Part shown: positions 1 through 13,332 of the stretch, in pieces
How the letters are laid out: the number at the start of each line of letters is the position of its first letter
Numbering within the stretch: the first letter of the stretch is position 1
Source of the DNA: Octopus sinensis
Taxonomy: Eukaryota
Reading direction: 5' to 3'
DNA: 64,000 nucleotides
Assembly (NCBI RefSeq): GCF_006345805.1
Contig: NC_042999.1
Location: forward strand, 147,064,001 to 147,128,000
Translations under genes and position numbers: made by a program
The notes under the pieces: generated by a model
What the model was told of the DNA's origin: nothing
The model's database searches: none
The model's input: the letters and a program-made list of their open reading frames with translations, nothing else

Positions 1-364
1 GAAGTGTCATTTCTATGGCATCCTTAAATTTATTAAGTGCTATTTCAAAATATTCGTATGATTTTCATACAACATTATCTTCTAACATTTTCTCTATGAT
101 GGAATCATCTTCAAGAATGTCTTCTGGCATCAAGTTAAACATATTGTATACATTACGAATATCACCTTGACTATGATTGATGAAGCGTAGTGTTCACGTA
201 TTCCATACATTAATCACTGAATCACTAGAGTGCTGTACTAAATATTAAAATATTAAATAATAATGAATCATGTTTATACATCTATTTACGTTATAGGGTC
301 AAAGGTTCAAATATAGCACAAGATACGATTTCGCATTTCATATCAGTGGATCGATAGTATATAT

Positions 365-932
365 ATTCCTCTACTCTAGGCACAAGGCCCGAAATTTTTG
401 GGAAGGTAGGCAGTCAATTAGATCGACCTCAGTACACAACTGGTACTTAATTTATCGACCCCCGAAAGTATAAAAGGTAAAGTCGACCTCAGCGGAATTA
501 GAACTCAGAACCTAAAGACAGGCGAAATACATATTTCTTTACTGCCCACAAGGGGCTAAATATAGAAGGGACAAACAAGGACAAACAAACAGATTAAGTC
601 GATTATATCGACCCCAGTGCGTAACTGGTATTTATTTAATTGACCTCGAAAGGGTGAAAGGCAAAGTTGACCTCGGCGGAATTTGAACTCAGAACGTATC
701 GGCAGGCGAAATACCCATTTCTTTATTACCCACAAGGGGACAAACAAGGACAGACATAGGTGTTAAGTCGATTACATCGATCCCAGTTCGTAACTGGTAC
801 TTAATTTATCGACCCCGAAAGGATGAAAGGCAAAGTCGACCTCGGCGGAATTTGAACTCACAACGTAACGCAGACGAAATACCGCTAAGCATTTCGCCCG
901 GCGTGGTAATGTTTCTGCCAGCTCGCCGCCTT
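365..932 (-). mobile_element. tRNA-headed SINE (family A, Meta-domain-like) with three tandem internal units
   Basis: The reverse strand begins aggcggcgagctggcagaaac...gcgaaatgcttagcgg. A ~186-bp unit containing gaggtcgactttgcctttcatcctttcggggtcgataaattaagtaccag occurs three times. Same family as 17668 and 29934. Confidence 0.9.
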
Positions 933-1193
933 TTATCGAATGTTTATATTTATATGCTAGTAATACGTTGGATCAATGTATGTGGGTTAAGAATTCTCGA
1001 TCGGTATTTTCCGGACGATTGTGGTCTTTTTTTGTGTATATGCTTACATTTATGTGTGTTGACTACTACATTAGAACTTTTTAGTTTTTATTTCTAGCAA
1101 TGTAGGTGCTTCTAACACCCAAGTCACATTTAGAGACAATTATAATTCTCCATTTTGGTGAAATATTGCAAACTGTTGTTTATATCAATTTTA

Positions 1194-1194
<1 letters not shown>

Positions 1195-1235
<41 letters not shown>

Positions 1236-1248
1236 TTCTGTCTGTCTT

Positions 1249-1321
<73 letters not shown>

Positions 1322-1335
1322 AGTGTGTATGTATA
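1195..1335. repeat. (CT)n/(TA)n compound microsatellite
   Basis: Seen directly; explains the spurious ORFs here. Confidence 0.95.
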
Positions 1336-2337
1336 ATATATAAATAACTACAGACAGATAATGAGTCAATTTTCACTAAAGCTAACTTGATTAACTGAGA
1401 CAATATATCATTGAAAAAAACTGCTTTCATCAGGTGAATACATGGACTACAACACTCAAATCCAACGGGTTATTGATATACTCAATCGGATACAATTAGT
1501 GATATACATAACCTGAATATTTTTCAGCCTGTACTTCGGTAAACGCATATGAACAAACCCACTCGATAGCGGCATGGGACGGTACAGCCCCCGCCCCCAG
1601 TTCGTATATGGAGTGTTGGAGATAATTCACAAGCATAGTACCTGCCCAAGGACAGACGAATACTAGACACACGTACACACACACGGATATAGATACGTAC
1701 GCTTATGGCTATTTGTGTAAACGGGTTTTACATCTCCATAGCATAGTTTACATTAAACGGCTCTTTCTCATGCGGTTTCCTGTTTTCTTTTTAAAATACG
1801 GATATATAGAATAGACTGAATGGTTGATTTGAACATAACCGTACAGAGGTAGCGACAATCAGCTTCACCTGCCTCAAATACCTGGCAAATTGCTATGCGA
1901 TCGTATCATACTTAGTTAAAAAGGAAGTATATGATAACAGCTCAGACTGGTAATGCTGCTCGATTTACCGAGCCCGATACTGCGTACCAAGTGGCATTCA
2001 GTGTACAGCAATCTCTCCTCTGTCATTTGGATTGTTTGGCCACATGTCACATGGTCACGGTGGATGAGGAAATATCTCGACTGACATGACTGGAACGATC
2101 CGAATACTGACTACTGGCGGATACACTGACGAGCTGCAACATCGCTCTCACCATAACTGACTTGAACACTGACACATAAAATATGTAAGATAGAGACTGT
2201 CGGTGGCGGGGTAATCCCTGTTTATCATATGGCTGCTCAGTTGGTAATGATCTGGGGATAAACAACAAGAGTTGACAATACTTTGAAAATGACGTCATTG
2301 TCGAATATCTTTTAAAGTTAAATATTGCATGCCTATG

Positions 2338-2667
2338 TGGAGGCGCGTAGCTTAGTGGTTAGGGTGTCAGCACCATGATCACTAAGCTACGCGCCTCCAC
2401 ATAGGCATGCAATATTTAACTTTAAAAGATATTCGACAATGACGTCAATGATCGTAAGATTGTGGTGTCGATTCCTGGACCGGGCGACGCGTTGTGTTGT
2501 TGAGCAAAATACTTCATTTAACGTTGCTCCAGTCCACTCAGCTGGCAAAAATGAGTACGCTGCGATGGAATAGCGTCCCGTCCAGCTGGGAGCACATACG
2601 CCATAGAAACCGGGAAACCGTGCCCATGAGCCTGGCTAGGCTTTAAAAGGGCGCATTTATTTTTTTA
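2338..2667 (+). mobile_element. tRNA-derived SINE (family C) with 14-bp TSD and an internal inverted insertion
   Basis: A-box-like tagcttagtgg and B-box-like gtgtcgattc, T-rich tail, TSD attgcatgcctatg at 2324-2337 and 2668-2681. Confidence 0.88.
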
Positions 2668-2714
2668 ATTGCATGCCTATGGAGAAATCACATTCAAGAG
2701 AACCAGTAAGTTTA

Positions 2715-2935
2715 ACAATGTTACAAATTTTGGCACAAGGGCAACAAGTTTGAAAGAGTGGAATAAGTTGATTACATCGAGCCTAATCCTCAAATGGTAC
2801 TTATTTTATCGATTCCGAAAAAGTAAGAAGCAAAGCTCACCTCGGCGAAATTTGAACCCAGAATGTAAAAAAATGGAAGAAATGCCGTTAATCATTTTGA
2901 CCCCCATACTAACGATTCTGACAGCTCGTCGCTTT
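2715..2935 (-). mobile_element. Degenerate SINE family A copy
   Basis: ggtacttattttatcga...ctcggcgaaatttgaac...acagctcgtcgc matches the 365-932 family. Confidence 0.7.
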
Positions 2936-3659
2936 AACTAGTAACTTTAATATTAAAACTAATTCTCTAGCACGTTCTTTAAACGCTTGCTACCCTGAGC
3001 TGAATATTGATTTGATTAAAACTAGAACTGAACTAAAGAATTCGTGTAGCAGATTATTACATCTTAAAACTAAGAAATCCAATGCTGCTGATGACTGGAA
3101 CAAGAAATATGGAAAAGCAGATATACGAGAGAATAACTAAGACAGTTTTCACTACGTTGATTTTCTATTTAAATTTCCTACGGCGTTTACATTAGTTTAT
3201 TGATATTAGTAAGACATTTGGATTTCTACAAGCCATCAATCATATCAGGGTAAAACAGTGGAACATAGTGATACGAAGTACCAGTGGTTTATGGAAATAT
3301 TAGCAATATATACAGTATGTGCGTCTTCGTCTGTTGGTGTTGTACACATAAAAGAAGAGCTACATATATAATGTTTATATTTTATACACAAGCATATATA
3401 TATATATATATATATATATCATCAACAACAGCAGCAAAAACACCTGATCATTACTGTCTGGAATCCAAGACCTTGTTTCCATAGGATATGAATGACTCAG
3501 ATCACGACATACCATTTAACACCTTACTGAGCAAAACGCTAGTCAGTCGCAGGGTTATTCGTTTACAGCTGAGTAAATGAGGTAACGGGAATTGAAGTGC
3601 TTTATTCAAGAATCCAAGTTTCTGTCTGTGAATTGAAACCACGCTCATGCAATCGTAAC

Positions 3660-4043
3660 ACTACATAACGAATGTTATAAAATAAAGGGAACATTAATCT
3701 ACAGCAACATTCTAACAAACTAAAAGATTGTCATAGAATAATTAAATAAGAAAATCTACTCAACAAATGCTTCAAACACTACACCTATGAAAATACACCA
3801 AACCAATCATATGGGATGTTATATGAATCAAATTTTACTAATTATAGAACAGATGAACACGTCATAAAATACCTTACAAAACACAACAGAAAATGCCTTA
3901 CATGAAATAAATTAACACTAATACGATACCACAGAAACACTAAAAGCAATTCAGCCTGCGACAATTAATGACCAAAGTTCTGTAAAATTTTTATTGCACA
4001 TCTAAATATTATAAACTTGTTGGCTTCAATTGTAGTACTACTG

Positions 4044-4095
<52 letters not shown>

Positions 4096-4790
4096 AGCTA
4101 CTTTGTCTTCCCCTTCTTTTCGTCTTCATGACTCTTATCTTCCTTCTTCCTCCTCCCCTCTCCCCTCTTCAACCTCAGCATCAACATCATCATCCGCAGT
4201 AGCTAAAAGAGCCAGAGTAGCTGTGGAAATTACAATGGCAGCATGGACAGCAATACAGCAATACGCTCATCTTTATCTCTTTTCAAATCCATTTTCTTAT
4301 AACTCTTTCCGCTACTCTTTACGCCAATCTCCTTTCGGCTTTCATTATTACAAGACATAGTTGCAATCCATTTCATTATAAAACACGAAACAAATCTTTA
4401 TAGAAAAAACACCTGGTGTACGATGCATGTAAAGTTACCGATAAAAATAAATGAACAGTAATGGAAGTAAACTAGATAACACAGCACAATATGAAAATAA
4501 AGATACTGATTACACTTGCTGCAAAACTTTTAAACCAACACCTGATTGGTAATGTACAAATCTACAGGTCAAAATTCAAAGTCCAGCGCTAACTTTACAC
4601 CAGCCACCGTGACCCTGTCTAGAAAAAGGGCAACTACACGCTCTAAAGTTATTTGATGTTAGAAATAATTATGTAGACATTGATGATGGATTTTGGACTT
4701 TTAGATTTAGAAACGAATTAAAAGAACTCGGAATAAAATTAGAAACAAAAACTTGATGAAACAGCTATAATATTTGTGAAAGGAAACTGT
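3660..4790 (+). pseudogene. Highly degraded RTE-like LINE RT relic, interrupted by an inserted duplicate at 4032-4316
   Basis: Frameshifted remnants resembling FGF and LF(N)V.LEIIM RT motifs (ttcggcttt; ttatttgatgtt-agaaataattatg) on an A-rich strand. Confidence 0.35.
4032..4316 (+). repeat. Direct duplicate of 6473-6774
   Basis: A (CTA)n run plus ~220 bp of unique sequence, identical except for 2 visible substitutions. Confidence 0.95.
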
Positions 4791-5030
4791 ACCCTATAAA
4801 TACATGTGTGTTTTATATGTGTGTGTGTGCGTGTGTGTGTTTGTCTTTATGCATGTATTTGTGCACAGTAGCAATTCATTTACGAATGTGTTAGTGAACA
4901 CACTACATTTACATACTCTCTCCCTTCCCCCTTCTCTCTCTCTTTCACTCGCGCACACACACACACACACACACACTCACATACACACTCACAACATACT
5001 AATATCTATCTATCTATTTATCTATATATT

Positions 5031-5593
5031 ATAATTTAGGGTATCTAAGAGATACCAACATGCTGGCCACCTGAGAAGATCGGTATTTAAGTAACAATCT
5101 TATCCTTATTTATATAAATTTATATATTTATTTCGTCATTATATTCACTGCGGTGATATTTTGACCATATCGCACGAGGAGTTTTAGGCGGGCAATTTAA
5201 GCTGGTCGTGTGCATACGTGCATATATATGTATGTATACGTTCATATATGTAAGTTTTCGTATGTTATATACATATATTTGTATTTATGTGCTATCTGAG
5301 TATATTCCACTGGTCAGGGCTGAGCATTTCTTATGCAGATCCAGAAATCCGGGATCAGGAATTATCCAGTGATTTTTTTTAGGGGGGCTAGTTTATTTTG
5401 TCTCTTCGTCTTCTCTCTTGGTGTTGTATGAATATTTTATGTGGTTTTCGAGTCAAGTTTTGGCTGCTATTTCTTAGATACCCTGAATTATTATTTTAAT
5501 AATAATTATTACCTTTGAAGGTTTTTGTTCCCATGCTGGCCACTTGATAAGATCAGTATTTAAATAACGATCTTATCCTTATTTATATAAATT
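5031..5593 (+). mobile_element. Non-coding PLE-like element with partial tandem and inverted terminal segments
   Basis: Direct repeat 5059-5120/5532-5593, inverted repeat 5031-5050/5472-5491, degenerate HHR-like motif at ~5305-5362, microsatellite flanks. Confidence 0.55.
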
Positions 5594-5622
5594 TCTCTCT
5601 CTCTCTCTCTCTCTCCTCTCTC

Positions 5623-5724
<102 letters not shown>

Positions 5725-5730
5725 TATATA

Positions 5731-5920
5731 GTTAATCCAAACAGAAAACACCAAGAGAAAACACAACAACGCAAGGACGTGGAACAAATATAGTATTATT
5801 GGACGCTCAAGAAGGAAGAGAAGGAGGGCTTTACGTTTCGAGCGGAACTCTTCGTCAGAAACATAGGAAAAGGAAATATCCAGAGAAGGGAAGACGGAGG
5901 AAAAAAATCGCCAACGGTAT
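5731..5920 (-). mobile_element. Short HHR-bearing element between (TA)n and (GA)n arrays
   Basis: Homologous to 59951-60181; carries the HHR at 5829-5861. Confidence 0.75.
5829..5861 (-). ncRNA. Minimal type-I hammerhead ribozyme motif
   Basis: Reverse strand TTT-CTGACGA-A-GAG-TTCCG-CTC-GAAAC-GTA-AAG: canonical core, 3-bp stem II, loop-less palindromic stem III (ACGT), weak stem I. Confidence 0.7.
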
Positions 5921-6014
<94 letters not shown>

Positions 6015-6122
6015 GGATAGAAACACAGAAACTGAGAAAGAAAGGAAGAAAAGAACGATATAGTTGAATGCTCAAACGCGCGCACAGACATCAATGTATA
6101 TAACAAAAAGCGATAGAAGGGA

Positions 6123-6162
<40 letters not shown>

Positions 6163-6319
6163 TCTGTTTTACCTGCATGTATATATGATGCTTATGTATT
6201 TTTGACACTATATGTGGATCTAGCATTTGAAGTTAGTTATATTGAATTGTTTTGCCTTATCCACTTCTTTTCTTTCCTTTTTTCCCTCGTTCTTCTTTAT
6301 CTTCTTCTGCTTCTTCTTC

Positions 6320-6375
<56 letters not shown>

Positions 6376-6472
6376 GTTATTGTTATTATTTTCTTCTTCC
6401 TTCTCTTCTTTCTCCTTTTCTTTTTGTTCTTTTTCTACTCTACTACTACTACTACTAGTGGTAGTAGTAGTA

Positions 6473-6502
6473 GTAGTACTACTGCTACTACTACTACTAC
6501 TA

Positions 6503-6553
<51 letters not shown>

Positions 6554-6774
6554 AGCTACTTTGTCTTCCCCTTCTTTTCGTCTTCATGACTCTTATCTTC
6601 CTTCTTCCTCCTCCCCTCTCCCCTCTTCAACCTCAGCATCAACATCATCATCCGCAGTAGCTAAAAGAGCCATAGTAGCTGTGGAAATTGCAATGGCAGC
6701 ATGGACAGCAATACAGCAATACGCTCATCTTTATCTCTTTTCAAATCCATTTTCTTATAACTCTTTCCGCTACT
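6473..6774 (+). repeat. Direct duplicate of 4032-4316 (likely donor copy)
   Basis: Near-identical sequence; continuous with the surrounding TTA/CTA microsatellite block. Confidence 0.95.
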
Positions 6775-8299
6775 TTTCTTTCCTTCCTCTTCCCACAAGT
6801 GTTTTCCCCTCTCTCGTCTATATATCTTTTTTCCACTATATCTACCGCCTTTTTTTTTCTAATAACCTTTTCCTTCGGCTTAAATTTATCAACTGCATAT
6901 CTCAACCTTTATATAAGACATACATCAGACCTAGAAGACCTTTCTTTTGTTTACGTGTTTTTTTCTGATGTTGTCTATTCTGTTTATATTTTTATAAAGA
7001 AGATATCAGAAATACAGCCAAGCACAATTTTCTGGTGTTGTTCGTGAAAGTAAATGAAAGTAGAAGCTGAAGTACGTTTTAGAGCAATATTTATAAATAC
7101 ATCTACGAACACATATGACTGGAAATTCAATGGAAAATTTACATGAATCCCTTTTCAATTAAGTCCGCACTGTGTTGGAAATGATACCCCTTGACTTTCT
7201 GAATATCTTTTTTTTTTTGTGGAAAGATGTGAGGAACATTTTGAAACTGATTGCATTCGTTTTCCTCGTATTTAAATCGTCCGGCTGTTTACATTGTGAG
7301 CTCAAAGATACAGAGTCGAGTTTACTTCTCATTCTCTTGGAGTCAATAAACAAGTACCAGTTGAACGCTAAGTTCGATATATTCGATTTTTTTATTTCCT
7401 TCGAACAACTGCTGGTCTTCTGCCAAAATATTAGAAAGAACTTTAACATTTTATAGGTAAATTTTGACGCAAACAGTAACAGAACAGCAGAGAAAATTCG
7501 AAATGAATATTTATTACTTACTGAGTGAGAACCATACTACAGAGCTTGTATCATCGTATTTTACTCAAACTACCGACTTTCATTCATTTTCTTAAAACTA
7601 TGCTTCTTTTACTTTCCACATTTTAAAGTTGAATCTACACAGTACAGACGTAACTGCATATTTTGTCGTTTGACCTGGAATTTTTAACGAAATTTACTAA
7701 GATTTCGTAGTGTTTTTCGTTGTACTGGGCTTTCTCCAAAGCGATGCGCATAACGTCTTAGAAAATTAGAAGTTAATTCTTCCAAATTTTTTTACTGAAT
7801 CTCCATATCTTGCTGCCATTTATTCTCTATTTAATCAATATAGAGCACCACGAACGTGGGCCACTAATAAAGAAACCATGGCTACTTTATCCGAGGGTTA
7901 TATAATTTACTCATTAGTAAAATTATATGTTTCTCGTACAGGACGTTACTAGTTTCTTCAATATGTCAGTTAGTATGGGGTTAGGCTTGATGTCGGGTGT
8001 TTATATAAATTATTTATGATGAAACAATCACTGACGTCATGTCTAGAATTAAGCAGTCAGATAAGCTAAGGATAAAATGAAAACAAAAAAAAAAAAAAAG
8101 AAAACCACGTCTGTTTATACCATAGACAGCAACGAATGCTAATTACTTAGTGTAAGATTTTTGTGATAAATGCGAAAAATATTATTTTTTGTTACTGCTA
8201 GTCAGCAAAACTCTTAGGAATAATATACCTACTCTTCATAGTGGTAAACTTTACCTCCCGACATTTTGCCATTTACCTGAAGGTGTGTCTGAAAAGTCA

Positions 8300-8301
<2 letters not shown>

Positions 8302-8364
<63 letters not shown>

Positions 8365-8658
8365 AATGTGTGTGTGAATGTGTGTGTGTGTGAATGTGTG
8401 TGTGAATGTGTGTGTGTGAAAGTGTGTGTGTGTGAATGTGTGAGTGAATGTGTGTGTGTGTATGAATGTGTGAGTGAATATGTGTGTGTGAGTGAATATG
8501 TGTGTGTGAGTGAATGTGTGAGTGAATGTGTGAGTGTATGTAAGTGTGTGTGAGTGAATGTGTGATCGAATGTGTGTGAGTGAGTGTGTGAGTGAATGTG
8601 TGTGAGTGTGTGTGTGAGTGAATGTGTGAATGTATGAATGTGTCAGTGTGTGTGTGTG
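8302..8658. repeat. (GT)n array with interspersed GAA/GA variants
   Basis: Seen directly. Confidence 0.95.
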
Positions 8659-10124
8659 CCTGCATATGAGGAGTAGTAGTAAGAAATATTGGCATGATTG
8701 TGAGTCACCGACTCTTCGGCCCGTAGTCAAATGTGTTGTTTATTTGACTAGGATTCTCTAATGAAATTAGAACTATCAGCTCACAGGTTTTAGAAGTTCC
8801 CAATTTACAGCCCATGAAGATTTGATATTTATTTAGGTAGCACATTCAACACCAAACACCACTTCAAAATACTTAGTTATCTTAGCTGATATACCATAAA
8901 CCAGTTTTGCATCAGCCTTTAGATAAATCTCTTGTGTTTTACAACAAATCTACATAATATATTATTTTGAAAATTTTTATTAGTAAAGAACAGTAAAAAT
9001 ATGACTACAAATAAGCTAGTCTTTCCATATATCACCAGGGAATTGTATCGTATTTCAAGTCACCTTTGATATTGCTCGGTAACTATGGAAACCGACAATT
9101 TCTCTTTTAGTTTCCTTCAATTACATATTTCAGACTGTATTAGCAACAATAATCTTCATTTGCTTCCTCCAAAACGTTGAACACCAGTTTTCAATTATTC
9201 ACTTGTAATAATTTAGCTCCAGATTTGCCATGAACAAGCAGACCTATGATCAAAGACCAGCGTTCCACTGATGACCGTCAACTGATTTGTTTAGACATAG
9301 AGCAAACAGAGCTACATTATTCAGTCATTATTTTCTGCTGTTGTTTCCCCCTACGTCACCTTTAGTACTACAGTATTGTAATCAAAGGTGGTCATTCAAT
9401 GTCCGTTAAGATTTTCATATACTTGAAAATGAATTGTAGAGTACTCAGATGTATGTGATTAAAAAGTTTGATTCGAAAGAAAGTGGTTTTCAGTTCCCTC
9501 TCAGAGCACGTCATTTATATTCAAATTAACTATTGTTACCACGAAGCCATGGAAGTGAAAATGGTAGATGGAAATTGAAAATCTGTGCAGAAGCTCGTCG
9601 AGTGGGAAAACATTTGAAAAACGATGCTCGTTGTTTATTCATCACGGTCTGTGGAACATAGAAGTTCGAGAAATTGTGATGAGTGAGACAAATAACGTAT
9701 CGAAAATACGTGGGAAATCATTATTGAAGACTAAAACTTTTGAAAGTGATGACCCAGTATAGCCGCTGTTCTATAATGGAAACAAATAAAAAAAATATTC
9801 ATCCTAAATTTCTATCAATCATTTTCCTTCATTCAGCTTATTTTTACTCAATTGCTCTTGTAAAATCCTTCATCACTTACTTCTCCACAATTTACCAAGT
9901 CATTCACCACTTATTTTTTCATTGAACTAGTAGATCTAGCTAGTCTTTCATGTAATCTTTAATTAATTATCTAGTTTAAACTGCTCTACGAAATCTTTCG
10001 TAATTCAACTTCTGTTCCTACTCTTTCTACCACCAATCAATATACGGTGCACTCTTTCTTATGATTTAAATTTTATACTCCGGAATACGATCACCATATA
10101 CTAGTTAATTTTCTTATACGCGAC

Positions 10125-10340
10125 TTAATTTCATACCGACTTTGATCATGCGAAATTTATAGTTTTCACTCCAATTATCACACACGTGGGGATAAAATAT
10201 TAATTTGTATTTTCCAGGCGTAAGGCACATGTACTTTTCTTATTTCGAATCCACTTTGATCACTCAAAAATCAAGATATTTACACCAATTATCGCTCACA
10301 TATGGATGAAATCAAATATTAGTTTGAATTTTCGAGGCAA
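10125..10340 (+). repeat. Degenerate ~115-bp tandem duplication
   Basis: actttgatca...ccaattatc...aaatatta(a/g)tttg...ttttc(c/g)aggc occurs twice. Confidence 0.6.
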
Positions 10341-10766
10341 AACTTGCTCGTGCCTTCCGCGAGAAAATTAATGGCGTGTAAGAGCCAAAACACGTTTTAT
10401 GAGAAATCGATGCTCTTACTTCATTTCTGTAATTAATTGGCTCTGAAAAATAAAATACTTCTTCCTTCTTAATGTAAAAAGATGTAGCACGCATTGGTAA
10501 TTATGAGATTGTGCAACACATATGCATCTATGAATTAGATGATGGTGATGATAAGTTACTTGCAGATTTTTGAAGGCATTCCCAGGATCCATTAAAGGGT
10601 AACCTATTTTAGCTTCCTGTGCAGAATATGCACAAAGGGGCGCAGAAGCCACTATGTTGTATATAAACACCTTTATAATTGTTTATCCATGGATACATGT
10701 GAACACACACACGCGCGCGCACACACACACATACACACACGAACGCACACACGTCTATCAATCTCA

Positions 10767-10798
<32 letters not shown>

Positions 10799-10821
10799 AT
10801 ATATATATATATACATATATA

Positions 10822-11080
10822 TATTATATAAAATCCGTTCTGTCTGTGTGTGTGTGTCTTCCATGATCTCGGGCATCCTCCATCCGATTGCGCTCAAACG
10901 TGATATGTAGATACCGACGGTATCAGGGCGTATACAAGTTTTGAAAAAAATACAAAAAGCGATTCCAGGTGAGAATGCGATCGATAAAGCCGTGGGAACG
11001 TGCATTTGTAAAATCATTTTTCTTGGAATAGAAGAAAGTCTATCTATTTATTTTTTTGCTGGCGTCTCAAATTTAGGTTA
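10822..11080 (+). mobile_element. Probable 5' fragment of a non-autonomous Helitron
   Basis: tatataaaa start followed by ctgt/gt microsatellite and catccgattgcgctcaaa, similar in layout to 16664; no 3' CTAG end found. Confidence 0.4.
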
Positions 11081-12025
11081 AATCAGTGTTTCTCAAAGGG
11101 GAGGCCTATGGGATAGTCGGACAATTTATGTTGAATGATATTGTCTTCGCCATACATATGGAAAAGACAATATGGTCAAGACTGAAAAAAATTGAATAAA
11201 AGTTTGTCTGATCATGGCTGACCTGGGATCTAAAAACCATTATGAGAACCATCATTATCCCAAGAAAAATAAAATCAGTTATAATCCATTAACCTAAATC
11301 AGTATTGCATTAAGCCTTACAATGCTGTTTAGTAAAAACAAATATATATATAGCCCAGGAAAATAGTCAAGAGGATGAAGATATAGATAATTAATATTCT
11401 CTCTACCCCTTTTAGACTCAGCAAAACATCTAGGATTCAAAAGTTAGAGTTGAGATGGCTGCATCAGCACTAGACTTGAGCAACGTGAGAGGAAATGCTT
11501 TGCTGAAGCTCACGACGCACTGTCTGGTCAAGGAAATGAACTAGCGAATTTAAGATCATAAGCTAATTACCTTACCTGCTGAAGCTACAAGCCTTCAAAC
11601 ACAAAAATATCTCTGGTAGTTAAAGTGCAATACGTACTACATAATTAAACTGATGCAATTAAAATTTCCATCAACTGTTTACACATAATTAATACAATTT
11701 TTCTTTATTAGTATTTAACGGTTCTTGAGCATCTGGCCTTATCATATTTGCCTTAAGTTGAAACCTCCACCAAACATCTGTTACATAAATTCCATTATTG
11801 TTCCTCAATTTCCGATAACCTATCTACACAATATACTATCAGGCCATACTTATTTGCCAGTGACGGTTATGGTTGCCGTTGTTTTTCGTCACTTTCAACC
11901 TCTAGAATATCAATTTCTGAAATATCTAACATATGTGCTCTACTGATAAATATTTCCGCTACAGTAACTGGTTTACTATATCTCTGTAGAGATGTTTCTG
12001 AAACACAAAATTGCTATGTATGCAT

Positions 12026-12076
<51 letters not shown>

Positions 12077-12221
12077 GAAAGGGTAGATTCTTTTCAATTA
12101 AATTTTGTAGCTATTCGCTAGTAAAACGCAATGATGATGATAATGATGATGTGAGTAGTAATAATAATAATAATAATAGCAACAACAATAACAGTTAGAA
12201 TAATAATAATGAATGGGATAA

Positions 12222-12695
12222 TGCAGTATCAGGCAGTGGCTCTCATTGCTTCTGATCTTCACTGATTGGAAGTGTTATCATGTACACGTTTTGTCTTGGA
12301 GTAAAAGATAGGTTACAACAAATATTCTGATCAATACCACAAACTTGCTTCTCAGTGGCTTGACGTTAACCAGCTTAGCATGTCCCTTAGTAGTTGACGA
12401 TATATGCATCTCTGATCACAAGCAGTCGTGGGGGACTATAATAGCCATGTGTTCAGAGGAATTCATTGGGGCTTGAATAATTCACTTCTGAAAACCTAAC
12501 ACTATTCCTCCTTAAATAAACGCTATTCAGGGACCTTTTGAGTGGGATAGATTACTCGACCTGAAGGAAAAATCTGAACGGGTCCCGCTGTAATGTTGCA
12601 CAGATATATGGTTATATTGCATGTGCCTGGTGTACTCTTATCAGACGGGTAGTCATGATGGGTATATTGGGCTTTGTATATTTGTAATCCAGTAT
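12222..12695 (-). mobile_element. Interspersed repeat remnant, probably a LINE/SINE non-coding portion
   Basis: Higher-GC block beside a (TAA)n run; recognised only as repeat-like. Confidence 0.4.
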
Positions 12696-13332
12696 CCAGG
12701 GTCTTTGCATTGAGAAATGCAAAAGGAATGTCTTCTAAATATTAGATATTCGGATTATAATAATTGATAAATAATTTGAGTGTATAATTTTATGATTATA
12801 AGTGTGAGTATTTTCTCCTGTCATATCTATCTATCTAATCTATCTATCTATACACAAACACACACACACACACCACACACACACACACACCACACACACA
12901 CACACACGCACGCACATATGTATGTACAACGTGTTAGGTGTGGTGTACAGAAATTGAATATTGAGAAAAAACGTCATCAGAATTTTGGAAAAAAAAAACT
13001 TTTTATTTCTTCATTATCATTATTGCTTTCGTTCCTTTCTCGAACTTGTCAAAACAAAATTTGTGAATGTGTTCGTCATACGAACGAAAGCGCTGATAAT
13101 AATGAAGGAATAAATAGATTTTTTTATTCAAAATTCTGACGACATTTTTCTCAATATATGTATTTATACACAGACATGACAAGTAAATAGACACCCTAAT
13201 AATCGTATATATATATATTAGGGAATAAATTATTATTCCAACCTTACAGGTAAAATTCAGTATAATAATATTAGACCGAATTTCGTAATATATAATATAT
13301 AATATATGTATATAACTAATTTAGAGACGAAC

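Noticed and set aside
365-932. CRISPR-like array reading of the repeated units
   Set aside because: The units are ~186-bp whole-unit repeats of a eukaryotic SINE, with no unique spacers or cas genes.
1355-1440. Minus-strand CTGATGA-AAGC...GCTT near a TA array
   Set aside because: GAAA is not adjacent to stem II and no stem I partner was found.
8245-8300. Possible minus-strand micro-exon (ttttcag...gtaaa) beside a CA repeat
   Set aside because: Splice-like motifs alone are frequent by chance and there are no supporting exons.
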